DNA of 63,804 nt, counting the filler, from Octopus bimaculoides (Eukaryota), in the NCBI RefSeq assembly GCF_001194135.2. It is 4 parts of 3 records of this genome, joined end to end, with 100 filler letters (N's around TTAATTAATTAA, not from the genome) between each part and the next. Parts side by side here need not be neighbours in the genome. Positions count along the whole stretch, not along the records: positions 1 to 16,416 come from NC_068998.1; positions 16,517 to 36,671 come from NC_068999.1; 2 more parts are not named here. The stretch is one strand, 5' to 3'. How positions within the stretch are numbered: position 1 is the stretch's first letter; each line of letters begins with the position of its first letter. Made by a program: the position numbers and the translations under genes. The notes below the pieces were generated by a model. That model did no database searches, was not told the DNA's origin, and saw only the letters and a list, made by a program, of their open reading frames with translations. This document shows, piece after piece, positions 12,900 through 26,357 of the stretch.

Positions 12900-13450
12900 G
12901 TATCTAATTTTCTAGATCCAAAGCTCCTTCATTGGAATTTCAACATCAACAACAGGGTATTTTTGTATCTATGTAATAATGTATATATGCAGATTTGTAT
13001 GTTTTGCTTCATGTATGTATTCTCGTGCATATACTTGTACATTTAGACATGCTCATATATACTTAAATGATAAACTTCAGTTCCAGTGATGGATTGGATC
13101 TGTAGTATTCAAATCAGCTTTCTCCTCTCTGGTCTTGAGAAGCCTAATTTCTCAAGATTGGTATTTAGGCAGTGTGTTATATATCCCAGTGCTCCAATGA
13201 CTATAGATATAAACCTAAACTTGTAGTCTGGATAGAGTAACTGCAGATTTCTCTGCAGTTCAGCACAGGTATTCTCTTTTTCACTGATCTCCAGTTTTAT
13301 GTTAACATCTGCTGGGCAGTTGATTTCCACAACTGTACACAGTTTCTCTTTTCTGTCCCAAATCATTATATCAAGTCTATTGAGGTTTTCACTGGGACAT
13401 GACGTTCCCCAGTACTCCTTTTTATTTTGAGTGGCTATGGGTTCTACCAT
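12900..13450 (-). mobile_element. RLE-type non-LTR retrotransposon 3' fragment
   Basis: Minus frame NRLDIMIWDRKEKLCTVVEINCPADVNI...EK...IVIGALG (RLE domain), then a UTR ending in (TACA)n. Confidence 0.88.
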
Positions 13451-13451
13451 A

Positions 13452-13511
<60 letters not shown>

Positions 13512-13603
13512 ATGTATGTGTGTATGTATGTAGGCATGCATATGTGAGGACTTAGAAATTTCTGGCTTGCATTTAGCCTTTAAGGGTGAGTTGGACTCTA
13601 GGC

Positions 13604-13890
13604 CAGGGGTTTTCAAACTATTTGACTTGCGGACCCCTTTATATCACAAGCTTTACCTTAGGGACCCCCTTATAAATGCTTATGAAATTTATACATAAAT
13701 ATTTGCTTAAAATAACATATTTTTACATTTATTTATTTAACAAATAGGTTTATTGTCAATTAAAAGATTTCGATTGAAAAGACATATATAAAATCAAATT
13801 GCCCATAAAAAGTATTTGCTGTCCACAGACCCCCCTGTTTTGTCCTTGCGGACGCCCTGTGGTCCGCGGACCACAGTTTGAAAACCCCTG
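13604..13890. mobile_element. hAT (Charlie/Buster-type) MITE, 287 bp
   Basis: Perfect TIRs CAGGGGTTTTCAAACT / AGTTTGAAAACCCCTG; 8-bp TSD CTCTAGGC / CTCTAAGC. Confidence 0.95.
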
Positions 13891-14127
13891 CTCTAAGCCA
13901 TAGTGAAGGCAACTAACTCGAGATGCTCTCTCACATGAAAGTCGACAGTCATTTCTGATATGTTTGCCAGAAGGATACAGCTCTATCATCTACATCAGTG
14001 TCTGCCAAACTTTTTACTTTACAACATACCAGGCAAGGAGAATTTATTTTGTGGCACACCAAATAAAAATCCCAACAAAATTGAATATACTTTATTAGTA
14101 TGAATGAAAATAAATAAATTCTTATAG

Positions 14128-14610
14128 TAGAGTGGCTGTGTGGTAAGTAGCTTGCTTACAAACCACATGGTTCTGGGTTCAGTCCCACTGCATGGCGCCT
14201 TGGGCAAGTATCTTCTACTATAGCCTTGGGCCNNNNNNNNNNGTTCTGGGTTCAGTCCCACTGCATGGCGCCTTGGGCAAGTATCTTCTACTATAGCCTT
14301 GGGCCGACCAAAGCCTTGTGAGTTGATTTGGTAGATGGAAACTGAAGCCCGTCGTATATATGTATATATATGTGCATGTATGTGTGTGTGTATATGTTTG
14401 TATGTCTGTGTTTGTCCCCTCAACATTGCTTGATGACCGATGCTGGTGTGTTTACATCCCCGTAACTTAGCAGTTCAGCAAAAGGGTCCGATGATGGAAT
14501 AAGTACTAGGCTTACGAAGAATAAGTCCTGGGGTTGATTTGCTCAACTAAAGGTGGTGCTCCAGCATTGCCACAGTTAAATGACTGAAACAAGTAAAAGA
14601 GTAAAAGCGT
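14128..14610 (+). mobile_element. SINE family S1, near full length
   Basis: Head GAGTGGCTGTGTGGTAAGTAGCTTGC...GGGTTCAGTCCCAC and tail GACTGAAACAAGTAAAAGAGTAAAAG. Confidence 0.9.
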
Positions 14611-14644
14611 AATATAATACAATAATAATGTTTTTAGTGAGAAG

Positions 14645-14905
14645 GATGCAATTGATTCTGAGAAAGAATTTTGTCAAAACGCGGCTCTAAATTAGATAAA
14701 CAAACACGTAACTCTTCATCTACCGTCTGTAATGGTTCTCGTTTTTTTTCACTTCATTTCCATAAGTACAGAGATACCTAATTATCAAAGATACGATGAT
14801 TCAAAGGGCAACAGAGATTTAATGGCTGTAGTAGCTAATCGAGGATATTGGCTCCAAAGTGAAATCCAAAATTCTGACAATTCTAGCACAGAAAATGAGG
14901 CTTTA

Positions 14906-14910
<5 letters not shown>
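14645..14910 (-). mobile_element. hAT transposase C-terminal dimerisation domain relic (Charlie/SPIN-like)
   Basis: Minus frame LELSEFWISLWSQYPRLATTAIKSLLPFESSYL matches the FW...YPxLxxxAxxxLLPFxSTYLCE motif. A CAGTGTCTGCCAAACT TIR-like end lies at 13996. Confidence 0.85.
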
Positions 14911-14947
<37 letters not shown>

Positions 14948-15039
14948 GGAGAGAGAGAGAGAGAGAGAGGGGAAGAGAGAGAGAGAGAAAGTGAAAGTGA
15001 AAGTGAGAGAGTGAAAGATGAAAGTGAGAGTGGAAGCCT

Positions 15040-15310
15040 TATTATGTGACACCTGGCACGAAGCAGAAAGATCAAGAAACAGCAGTTGCTAATTTGGAAA
15101 AGATTCTTACACTGTATCCTAACGGGCGCTTATAAAGCAGCAAATTTTAATGTACAAAATCTGTCAAGTATTATTTAGTTATTCTGGATTGCACACCTGA
15201 TGGTTGATATATTTACCAAAAGACAATTATTCTGTGTTTTGAGAGTGTGTTGAATGATGAGATGACTGAGTCTGAAATTACCATAAGACAACATATTTAT
15301 GACAAGAAAC
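15040..15310 (+). mobile_element. Second hAT transposase relic (first catalytic-Asp region)
   Basis: Frame KSVKYYLVILDCTPDG* resembles the YxSxILDCTPDxSHxEQ motif. Confidence 0.55.
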
Positions 15311-15329
15311 TCTTTAACAACTTGAGGGA

Positions 15330-15486
15330 CAAGCATAGCTGTGTGGTTAAGAAGGTTGCTTTGCAGTCATGTGGTTTTCGGTTCAGTTTCACTGTGTAAC
15401 ATCTTAGAAAAAGGTCTTCTACTATTGCCCTGGGGTGATCAATGCCTTGTGAGTGAATTTGTTAAGAGGAAACTGTGTGCAAGCTC

Positions 15487-15535
<49 letters not shown>

Positions 15536-15730
15536 CTTCTAGTTTGTCCCTCATTTCACTGCTTGACAATCAGTGTTGTTTTGCTTATGTTCTTAGAACT
15601 TAGCAGTTCAGCAAAAAGACTCTAAAAAAAAAAAAAGGTAGTGTGGTTAATTTCTTCAACCAAACCCTTCAAAATGGTGCCCCAGCATAGCCACAATCCA
15701 ATAACTGAAACAAATAAAGGATAAAAGATT
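15330..15730 (+). mobile_element. SINE family S1, diverged
   Basis: Head GCTGTGTGGTTAAG...GGTTCAGT, internal (GT)n, tail ACTGAAACAAATAAAGG. Confidence 0.8.
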
Positions 15731-16097
15731 ACACCTGAGAATCTGCAGTCAAGTCTACGATAACAGGTGTAACATGAAAGGCATGAAAAATAGTGTACAA
15801 AAGATTTCACTGGGCATAAATCTACATGCCTTTTTTTTTTTTTACATGCCCTGCAATGCATACCTTTAAAACTTTGTAGCCTATGATTACTGCTATGTGT
15901 TGTCTGGAAGCAATTAATTTCTTCAGTTTGCTTCAACAAATCTATAATTATTTCTCTGATTGACTCAGTATTGATAAATTCTTACTAGCTATATATCAGA
16001 CTTAGGCATAACTGCTAAGCCAGTGAATTAAAAGATGATGAGGAAGTCAGATCGATACTTGGAAACCACCAAGACATCATGTGGGTAATATATATAT

Positions 16098-16375
16098 AAC
16101 TGTCATTAAATATGAGTAGGGTGTTAGAACACCTACATTGCTAGAAATAAGAGCTAAAAAGCTCTAATGTCATAGTTAAAGCATATAATTGCATACATAT
16201 ATACTAACAAGGACTGTAATCACTCAAAAATATTGATGTCTTTGGGCAATTACAGTGCCTGTGAGTACATATAAATACAATTATGTGCTTCAACTACAAC
16301 ACTAGAGCTTTTTAGCTCTTATTTCTAGCATTGCAGTTGTTCTAACACCCTAGCCATATTTAGTGACCATTAGTT
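16098..16375. mobile_element. Foldback (palindromic) MITE-like element
   Basis: 16098-16228 is the reverse complement of 16241-16375, including a perfect GCTAGAAATAAGAGCTAAAAAGCTCTA core; loop about 12 nt. Confidence 0.9.
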
Positions 16376-16416
16376 TTCCTTTTTAGTAACACATTGCACA
16401 TGGCTGTCTATATTAA

Positions 16417-16516
16417 NNNNNNNNNNNNNNNNNNNNNNNNNNNNNNNNNNNNNNNNNNNNTTAATTAATTAANNNNNNNNNNNNNNNNNNNNNNNNNNNN
16501 NNNNNNNNNNNNNNNN
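16417..16516. other. Artificial scaffold join (44 N + TTAATTAATTAA + 44 N)
   Basis: Exactly 100 bp; a palindromic linker with stops in all six frames; identical at 36672-36771 and 61577-61676. Confidence 0.9.
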
Positions 16517-16556
<40 letters not shown>

Positions 16557-16558
16557 GC

Positions 16559-16607
<49 letters not shown>

Positions 16608-16609
<2 letters not shown>

Positions 16610-16810
16610 CCTTTCTACGACAGGCACAAGGCCTGAAATTTTGGGGAGTGAGGGGACTAATCGATCCCAGTGTTTCACTGGTAGGCATTTTATCGATCCC
16701 GATAGAACGAAAGACAAAGTCGACCTCGGCAGACTTTGAACTCAGAACGTAGCGGCTGACGAAATACCGTTAGGTATTTTGCCCAGAATGCTTACGATTC
16801 TGCAAGAATT
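16608..16810 (-). mobile_element. SINE family S2
   Basis: Reverse complement of the S2 core, with an (ATT)n tail. Confidence 0.85.
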
Positions 16811-17469
16811 TTATGCGTCAGTAATAATAAAAATAATAATGATTTCAAATTTTAGTGGCAAGAATAAGTCGACTCCATTTCGTCCGGCGTGCTAACGATT
16901 CTGACAACTCGCTGCCTTATATTCCCGTCAGAAATATTCTGTAAATTGTGCTAACACAATTTTCAGACTTTCAAGATGTTTTCGAGTATCACAAACAACA
17001 TTACCCAATCTGAGAAAATTCCCTTCGTTGTTTGGTTAAATTTGAGAAATAATCGAAATATTTGATGTAGACACGAAATAAGAACAAACTCTGGTGTTCT
17101 TCAGTTTCTGTGACTTGGCTGCTTTTCGGTTTTGCTTATTTTTTTTCTTTTCTCACTTCTGGAAATAATTGCTTCTCACACCGGTCTGAGAAATGGACGT
17201 TTAAAGAATGAGTGGACATAACACGTTTGATGCAAGGTGCAAACGTGGCAGCATAGTTAAGACGCTTGCTTTCCGACTATGTGGTCACGGGTTCGGTACC
17301 ACTGTACAGTGCTTTAGGCAAATGTCTTCTGCACGAAACATGACTGTATCAAGCACCACGGTATCAAACATGACTGCATCAAACACATCCAACATAATCA
17401 CTCAGACGCTACCCCCCCCCCGCCCACCTACTCAACGGGGCAGGGCAGCGAGATAATATTAGAGTCAGA

Positions 17470-18050
17470 GAAGGCGGAGAGCTGGCCGAAACGTTAGCAC
17501 GCCGGGCGAAATGCTTAGTGGTAGTTCGTCTGTCTTTACGTTCTGAGTTCAAATTCCGTTGAGGTCGATTTTGCCTTTCATCCTTTCGGGGNNNNNNNNN
17601 NNNNNNNNNNNNNNNNNNNNNNCAGGGCAGCGAGATAATATTAGAGTCAGAGAAGGCGGAGAGCTGGCCGAAACGTTAGCACGCCGGGCGAAATGCTTAG
17701 TGGTAGTTCGTCTGTCTTTACGTTCTGAGTTCAAATTCCGTTGAGGTCGACATTGCCTTTCATCCTTTCGGGGGTCGATAAATTAAGTACCAGTTACGCA
17801 CTGGGGTCGATGTAATCGACTAAATCCCTTTGTCTGTCCTTGTTTGTCCCCTCTATGTTTAGCCCCTTGTGGGCAATAAAGAAATAGGTATTTCGTCTGG
17901 CTTTACGTTCTGAGTTCAAATTCCGTTGAGGTCGATTTTGCCTTTCATCCTTTCGGGGTCGATAAATTAAGTAGCTGTTGCTATGTACTGGGGGTCGATC
18001 TAATCGACTGCCCACCCTTCCCCCTTGTGTCTAGAGTAGAAAAGGATATT
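17470..18050 (+). mobile_element. Head-to-tail cluster of S2 SINE copies (first partly duplicated across a gap)
   Basis: Three occurrences of TACGTTCTGAGTTCAAATTCCGTTGAGGTCGA...CCTTTCATCCTTTCGGGG. Confidence 0.9.
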
Positions 18051-19814
18051 GGAGACAGACATAGATCTATTAGAGATAAAGGAAGCGAAATATTGGTGTT
18101 GTGAGAGCAGAAAGGATTGATTTGGACGTTAGAGGAAGACTTATTAAAACAGATGAAAGACGTCGTGTCAAACATGATTGAATTTAGGGATCTGATGGAA
18201 ATGGAATTATAGCGAATTGGGATGGTGCTGGTGTTAGCGTTGGCGTTCGTGTTGATATTGGTCGGAGTGGCGTAGTGATGCTGGTGGGAGCGGTGATGGT
18301 GTTTGACGTGGTAGTGATGGCATTGGTGGGAGGGAACCAACGATGATGTTAGCGTTGGTGGTGGTCGCGAAGTTGGTGGTCGTAATGATGGAGTTAGCGG
18401 TGGCGCTGGTGTTAACAGTGGCAATGGTGTTTTTGGGGGTGGTGTTGGTGGTGCTTGAGGGGGAGTGTTGTCGGTGTTTTTGCGGAAGTGTGTTGTAACC
18501 ATTTTTTTGCAGGGAGTGGTGGTGGTGCTATATATANNNNNNNNNNNNNNNNNNNNNNNNNNNNNNNNNNNNNNNNNNNNNNNNNNNNNNNNNNNNNNNN
18601 NNNNNNNNNNNNNNNNNNNNNNNNNNNNNNNNNNNNNNNNNNNNNNNNNNNNNNNNNNNNNNNNNNNNNNNNNNNNNNNNNNNNNNNNNNNNNNNNNNNN
18701 NNNNNNNNNNNNNNNNNNNNNNNNNNNNNNNNNNNNNNNNNNNNNNNNNNNNNNNNNNNNNNNNNNNNNNNNNNNNNNNNNNNNNNNNNNNNNNNNNNNN
18801 NNNNNNNNNNNNNNNNNNNNNNNNNNNNNNNNNNNNNNNNNNNNNNNNNNNNNNNNNNNNNNNNNNNNNNNNNNNNNNNNNNNNNNNNNNNNNNNNNNNN
18901 NNNNNNNNNNNNNNNNNNNNNNNNNNNNNNNNNNNNNNNNNNNNNNNNNNNNNNNNNNNNNNNNNNNNNNNNNNNNNNNNNNNNNNNNNNNNNNNNNNNN
19001 NNNNNNNNNNNNNNNNNNNNNNNNNNNNNNNNNNNNNNNNNNNNNNNNNNNNNNNNNNNNNNNNNNNNNNNNNNNNNNNNNNNNNNNNNNNNNNNNNNNN
19101 NNNNNNNNNNNNNNNNNNNNNNNNNNNNNNNNNNNNNNNNNNNNNNNNNNNNNNTGTGTGTTGATGTTAACTAGGATAATGTATGTTAAATTCTAGTATA
19201 GACAGTATATATAGACATACACAAACACAAACACACATATACAAAAAGTACACACACAAACACACAAATGCATATATACGTACATATATATACACACTCA
19301 GATAAACACAGACACACATGCATATATATATACACGCACACAAACATACATAGACACATATATGTGTGTGTGTGTGTATGTATATGTATATATGTATGCA
19401 TTTATAGATATATTTACGTATGCACGCATGTATGTGTGTGTATGCATGCATATACTTCTGAAATGATGATCTGAACAGGAACATTCAATACAGCTTTTGC
19501 AGGGTGTAAATTATTTATTCAATAAAAGAATATGTGTATATAAAAAAGCGTGTGTGTGTGTGTGTGTGTGTGTGTGATATGCATATGTATATACGTGTGT
19601 GTGTGTTGCGTTTTGTATAATATATGTGATATACATATTAAACATGCATACTATTGAAATATATATATAATACGTACGCATTCGTACGTATTATTCGATA
19701 TTCATGTCATACACGTACGTAAATTATATATATGTAAATATGTATGTGTGGATATCATATGCGTATATAGAATATATGCATATATTATATGGATACACAC
19801 AAATAATGATGATG

Positions 19815-19874
<60 letters not shown>

Positions 19875-21149
19875 TATATATTTTAAATATGGATGTATAT
19901 GATATATATATGTATATATACATATACACGCAAACTCAGAGCACACATACTTCTTTTATATATATATATATNNNNNNNNNNNNNNNNNNNNNNNNNNNNN
20001 NNNNNNNNNNNNNNNNNNNNNNNNNNNNNNNNNNNNNNNNNNNNNNNNNNNNNNNNNNNNNNNNNNNNNNNNNNNNNNNNNNNNNNNNNNNNNNNNNNNN
20101 NNNNNNNNNNNNNNNNNNNNNNNNNNNNNNNNNNNNNNNNNNNNNNNNNNNNNNNNNNNNNNNNNNNNNNNNNNNNNNNNNNNNNNNNNNNNNNNNNNNN
20201 NNNNNNNNNNNNNNNNNNNNNNNNNNNNNNNNNNNNNNNNNNNNNNNNNNNNNNNNNNNNNNNNNNNNNNNNNNNNNNNNNNNNNNNNNNNNNNNNNNNN
20301 NNNNNNNNNNNNNNNNNNNNNNNNNNNNNNNNNNNNNNNNNNNNNNNNNNNNNNNNNNNNNNNNNNNNNNNNNNNNNNNNNNNNNNNNNNNNNNNNNNNN
20401 NNNNNNNNNNNNNNNNNNNNNNNNNNNNNNNNNNNNNNNNNNNNNNNNNNNNNNNNNNNNNNNNNNNNNNNNNNNNNNNNNNNNNNNNNNNNNNNNNNNN
20501 NNNNNNNNNNNNNNNNNNNNNNNNNNNNNNNNNNNNNNNNNNNNNNNNNNNNNNNNNNNNNNNNNNNNNNNNNNNNNNNNNNNNNNNNNNNNNNNNNNNN
20601 NNNNNNNNNNNNNNNNNNNNNNNNNNNNNNNNNNNNNNNNNNNNNNNNNNNNNNNNNNNNNNNNNNNNNNNNNNNNNNNNNNNNNNNNNNNNNNNNNNNN
20701 NNNNNNNNNNNNNNNNNNNNNNNNNNNNNNNNNNNNNNNNNNNNNNNNNNNNNNNNNNNNNNNNNNNNNNNNNNNNNNNNNNNNNNNNNNNNNNNNNNNN
20801 NNNNNNNNNNNNNNNNNNNNNNNNNNNNNNNNNNNNNNNNNNNNNNNNNNNNNNNNNNNNNNNNNNNNNNNNNNNNNNNNNNNNNNNNNNNNNNNNNNNN
20901 NNNNNNNNNNNNNNNNNNNNNNNNNNNNNNNNNNNNNNNNNNNNNNNNNNNNNNNNATGAAATATGTATATACGCGTGTATACATGCGCACTCGCGCACG
21001 CATGCATTCGCGCACAAACGTTCACATATGCACATGCCCACCAACAGAGAGACTTATGACCGTGGAAGTCCTGTATATATATTGTAAAGGAGATCTGTGC
21101 TGAGAATGGCGTGGTCCGTTGTCCATCAACGGCGATCGCTTCCAGCACC

Positions 21150-21341
21150 AGTACCACCGCCGACCACCACAAACACCATCACCATCATCACGAGAACCAC
21201 CGCCACCAGCGCCATCACCACTACTACCACGACCTCCATCACCACCACCATCACCACGACGACGACCACCACCATCATTATCATCATCATCATCATCATC
21301 ATCATCTCGCGTACCGTCGCCTCCACCACCATCACCACCAT

Positions 21342-21388
<47 letters not shown>

Positions 21389-21471
21389 CCATCATCACCA
21401 TCGTCATCATCATCACCATCATCATCACCATCATTATCATCACTACCACCTTCATTAACATTACCACACCG

Positions 21472-21502
<31 letters not shown>

Positions 21503-21900
21503 CATCCTCATCATCACCATCATCACCATCACCATCATCATCATCATCACCATCATCGTCCTCATCATCATCATCATCACCACCATCATCATTATCATAA
21601 TCATCATCATCACGGCCTCAACTACGACACAGCTTAGAGACCACCACCACGAAAACATTCACCACCGCCATTACCATTTCCACCATGCCTCCCCACCTGC
21701 ACCTTGACCAAGCATAGAACCACACCCACCATTATAGTTCCTATTACAGTCACCACTACCACCACCACTACTACTACAACCACAACTACTACCTCCACGG
21801 CAACGAACAGCAACACCACCTTTTCCACCATTTCCACCACCACCATCATCATCACAACCGACACCACCTTAATCCGCCGCCGCCCTTTCCACCGACCACC
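21150..21900. repeat. Compound (CAT)n/(CAC)n/(ACT)n trinucleotide tract
   Basis: Directly visible; source of the poly-H/T/S/M ORFs. Confidence 0.9.
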
Positions 21901-22154
21901 ACCACTAACATCATCATTGCAAGATGGAGTGACTTGATAGATTAGCCGTCCTCGCACGAACGTTGCGATATCTGCTGATGAAGAATACGACCCAAAACTA
22001 GACGCTCAGTAAACTAGTAATTTATACAGTTAACATGTAACATGTTTATACACACGCACACACACACACACACAGAGGCACACACACACACGCACACATA
22101 CACACACACACTCACCCATACACATATCTTTGTCTTTGTGCTTTTTATCCATCC

Positions 22155-22222
<68 letters not shown>

Positions 22223-23035
22223 CTTTATAAAACTGTCTGCCTGCCTATCCATGCGTGTGTGTGTACATCTATGAATATATATATATATGTATGTACATAT
22301 GTATGTATTTATGCATGTGTATGTATCTATGTATATGTATGTATATGTGTGTGTATATGTATATATATGCATGTATGTATACATATGTATGTATATTTAT
22401 ATATATATGTATATGTATGTGTACATATGTGACTATATGTATATATCAATTCATATATATATACATATACATGTCTAAATATCTAAATACGTGCATACAC
22501 ACACACACACACACACATACANNNNNNNNNNNNNNNNNNNNNNNNNNNNNNNNNNNNNNNNNNNNNNNNNNNNNNNNNNNNNNNNNNNNNNNNNNNNNNN
22601 NNNNNNNNNNNNNNNNNNNNNNNNNNNNNNNNNNNNNNNNNNNNNNNNNNNNNNNNNNNNNNNNNNNNNNNNNNNNNNNNNNNNNNNNNNNNNNNNNNNN
22701 NNNNNNNNNNNNNNNNNNNNNNNNNNNNNNNNNNNNNNNNNNNNNNNNNNNNNNNNNNNNNNNNNNNNNNNNNNNNNNNNNNNNNNNNNNNNNNNNNNNN
22801 NNNNNNNNNNNNNNNNNNNNNNNNNNNNNNNNNNNNNNNNNNNNNNNNNNNNNNNNNNNNNNNNNNNNNNNNNNNNNNNNNNNNNNNNNNNNNNNNNNNN
22901 NNNNNNNNNNNNNNNNNNNNNNNNNNNNNNNNNNNNNNNNNNNNNNNNNNNNNNNNNNNNNNNNNNNNNNNNNNNNNNNNNNNNNNNNNNNNNNNNNNNN
23001 NNNNNNNNNNNNNNNNNNNNNNNNNNNNNNNNNNA

Positions 23036-23078
<43 letters not shown>

Positions 23079-23523
23079 ACAAATGCATACACACATACAT
23101 GGATATATTAAGTATAACCTCTCCGGGCACAAGCACACGTTTTTTCTCTTTTTAGCAGTCACACAAGTAAAATAACTGGTGCGACATTGTTATCAGTGGA
23201 GAGTAAATAGACGAAGCCGCAATAGAATTTACTGCTTCTACATATAGAACGGTGAAGTAGACGTATAAACGTTTGAAAGAAAAGAAATCGGACGAAAATA
23301 GCGAGAAGATTGCTGCAGGCATTTTTGCTCGTAATCATTAACTTTAAAAATAATTATACGTATGTATGTATGTATGTATGTATGTATGTATGTGTGAGCG
23401 TGTATGCACGTATGTGTGAGTGTGTGTGTGAATATATATATATATATATAAACATACATATATATACATATGTATGTGTATATATATATGTATGCATTAT
23501 ATATATATATATGTGTGTGTGTG

Positions 23524-23563
<40 letters not shown>

Positions 23564-24487
23564 NNNNNNNNNNNNNNNNNNNNNNNNNNNNNNNNNNNNN
23601 NNNNNNNNNNNNNNNNNNNNNNNNNNNNNNNNNNNNNNNNNNNNNNNNNNNNNNNNNNNNNNNNNNNNNNNNNNNNNNNNNNNNNNNNNNNNNNNNNNNN
23701 NNNNNNNNNNNNNNNNAGTTCTTCGTATCTCGAGGATAGTTTTAATCACCGACGGGGGTTAAATAAAATGTCTAACAACATTTAGTATCTTTATCTTTAA
23801 CATTCGGGTTCAAATGCCACCGCGGTCAATTTAATTTTCTTGTTTCTGAAGTCGATTAAACAGACACCAATTTATATTGGTATCGATTCACTTGATTACA
23901 CGTTCACTTTTCTTTTTTCTTTTTTTTCTTTTTTTTCGTTTTTGGCATTAATATTGATCTCTTGACCGAGTCTGCTTGACGTTAAATTTTCGTCATAGAC
24001 AGAAGGTCACAACAGAGTGCTCGTTATAGGATTTGAAATGTTAGCACTTCGATTGGCAATCAAATACGCTATTAACCCAGTCTTGTACTGCTCTCGTGGG
24101 GTACGTTCTAACGTATTTTCATGAATAGCGCTCATTACTTACAATATACTAGTTAATAATTTGTATGAATAATACATACCATGTTGTAAAACAATGGCAT
24201 GTAGTTTTTGCTGATGATACAAATTTATTTGGAACTATAAAATAACAGTGAGATCTAAAAAGAGCTAAAAATGTCTGTAAGTATAAAAATCAACGAGAAC
24301 AAAATATAGCTATTAATTTCTTAAAAAAATATTGAAAAAAATCTATAAGTCTAAAATGTAACAAAATTGCTAGAAATTTAAAGAAAAGAATATGTATATT
24401 AAAAATATAACTCTATGAAAAAAAAAAAAGAAAAAGACGGTTACAAAATCAAAACTATTAAAGTTAGAAAATACAGAAATTACAATC

Positions 24488-24728
24488 TAGAAAAATATAA
24501 AAATATAAAAGATATAAAATATAAAATATAAAATATGTAAAAAAATATATATATATATATAAAATATAAAACATAAAATATGTAAAAAAAATATTAAAAT
24601 ATAAAACATATAAAATATAAAATATAAAATATAAAATATAAAATATGTAAAAAAAATATATAAAATATAAAACATAAAATATGTAAAAAAAAATATTAAA
24701 AATATAAAAATATAGAAAATATAAAAAT
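24488..24728. repeat. AT-rich satellite (AAAATAT-based) with a higher-order repeat
   Basis: Blocks such as TATAAAACATAAAATATGTAAAAAAA recur. Confidence 0.85.
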
Positions 24729-25301
24729 CAAGCTATATAGATCGTTCTTTTTTTAACCAAATATCACTCAACATTGATCAAACTTAAACACCATCCTTCA
24801 GGAAATTTAACGATCATGTGTCTTGTATAAAAATATAGCGAAAACAAGGAATAAATGGGGAAAAAAAACCAGAAAAGAAAGCTAAAACAATTATTTTTTT
24901 TTTCACAAACATAAAGATAATACGCGCAGACGCACACATACACCAATACATATAGATACACACACACATACACATACACACACGGACATATGCACAGACG
25001 AAAATACACATACACACATACTCACACGTATGGGGACATACATACACATATATGAACGGCGGGCACACACAGACACACTCACGCACACGCACATATAAAC
25101 GGGTAGATGGAGACACATACACGCACTCACACGCATACGGAAGGACACACATACGTATGTATGGACGGAGACAAACACACGAACACGCACAGAGACAAAC
25201 ACACATACATACACACACACACAGAGCATATATAACATTATTCGTAAATTGATTAGAGTTAATTGTACGTTCACAAAAATAAGACGCTATATTCTGTAAA
25301 G

Positions 25302-25339
<38 letters not shown>

Positions 25340-26322
25340 NNNNNNNNNNNNNNNNNNNNNNNNNNNNNNNNNNNNNNNNNNNNNNNNNNNNNNNNNNNNN
25401 NNNNNNNNNNNNNNNNNNNNNNNNNNNNNNNNNNNNNNNNNNNNNNNNNNNNNNNNNNNNNNNNNNNNNNNNNNNNNNNNNNNNNNNNNNNNNNNNNNNN
25501 NNNNNNNNNNNNNNNNNNNNNNNNNNNNNNNNNNNNNNNNNNNNNNNNNNNNNNNNNNNNNNNNNNNNNNNNNNNNNNNNNNNNNNNNNNNNNNNNNNNN
25601 NNNNNNNNNNNNATATATATATATATATACATATACATATATGCATATGTATGTATGTATATAAAATGGACGCAAATATAAATGTATGAAAATAGAATTG
25701 TTGCATTATAAACCCTGCAGAATAGTTTGGCTTTTCTGAATTAAACACCAACGCTTATGTCTATTATTTGAAAGTCTGCATGGCTAAGTCGACGGTGTGG
25801 CGAACAGCCAATCAGAATTGAGTGACTGAGTATTAGTATAAGGTTGAGTTAATTGTTTTTTCTTTTTTTTAGTAGGGTAGACTTAATCCGCCACCCTGTT
25901 TAACACCCCTAATCTGATTATCGGAGACCATAAATGGAGCCCATTCCGTTTGGAGCTACTCTCTAGAATAACTTGGTGTTACTGTGTACTGTTCCCTACT
26001 ACAGTGACCTATAACTATTTCTGGTTTCTGCCTCCCCTTTTCTCTCCTATCCCACTTCTAATCCCTAATAAAAGGTCATGGGCTCTAACCCCTCGCTCTC
26101 ACGAGGTCCCGTGCTTGAATCAACTGTAGCGCATCTGAAGTCTGCATTTTTTAATCATAACCTCGAATCAACCCATATATGTATATGTATATATATATTT
26201 ATGCACACACACATATATATGTATATTCATAAATACATACATATATATATATGTATATATATATACGTATAAATATGTGCATAGACAGATATATGTACAT
26301 GCAAATGAATGCATGTATATGC

Positions 26323-26357
<35 letters not shown>

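Noticed and set aside
14128-14200. tRNA-like A/B box sequences in SINE heads
   Set aside because: They are followed by SINE bodies and do not form a full cloverleaf; not tRNA genes.
17443-17771. Apparent exact tandem duplication of a SINE plus flank
   Set aside because: The copies sit either side of a ~31-N gap, typical of an unmerged contig overlap. The same pattern occurs at 14172-14303 and 9400-9645.
25800-26125. CCAAT box (AGCCAATCAG) and AATAAA suggesting an LTR or promoter
   Set aside because: No partner LTR, TG...CA ends or TSD could be identified; single short motifs are uninformative.
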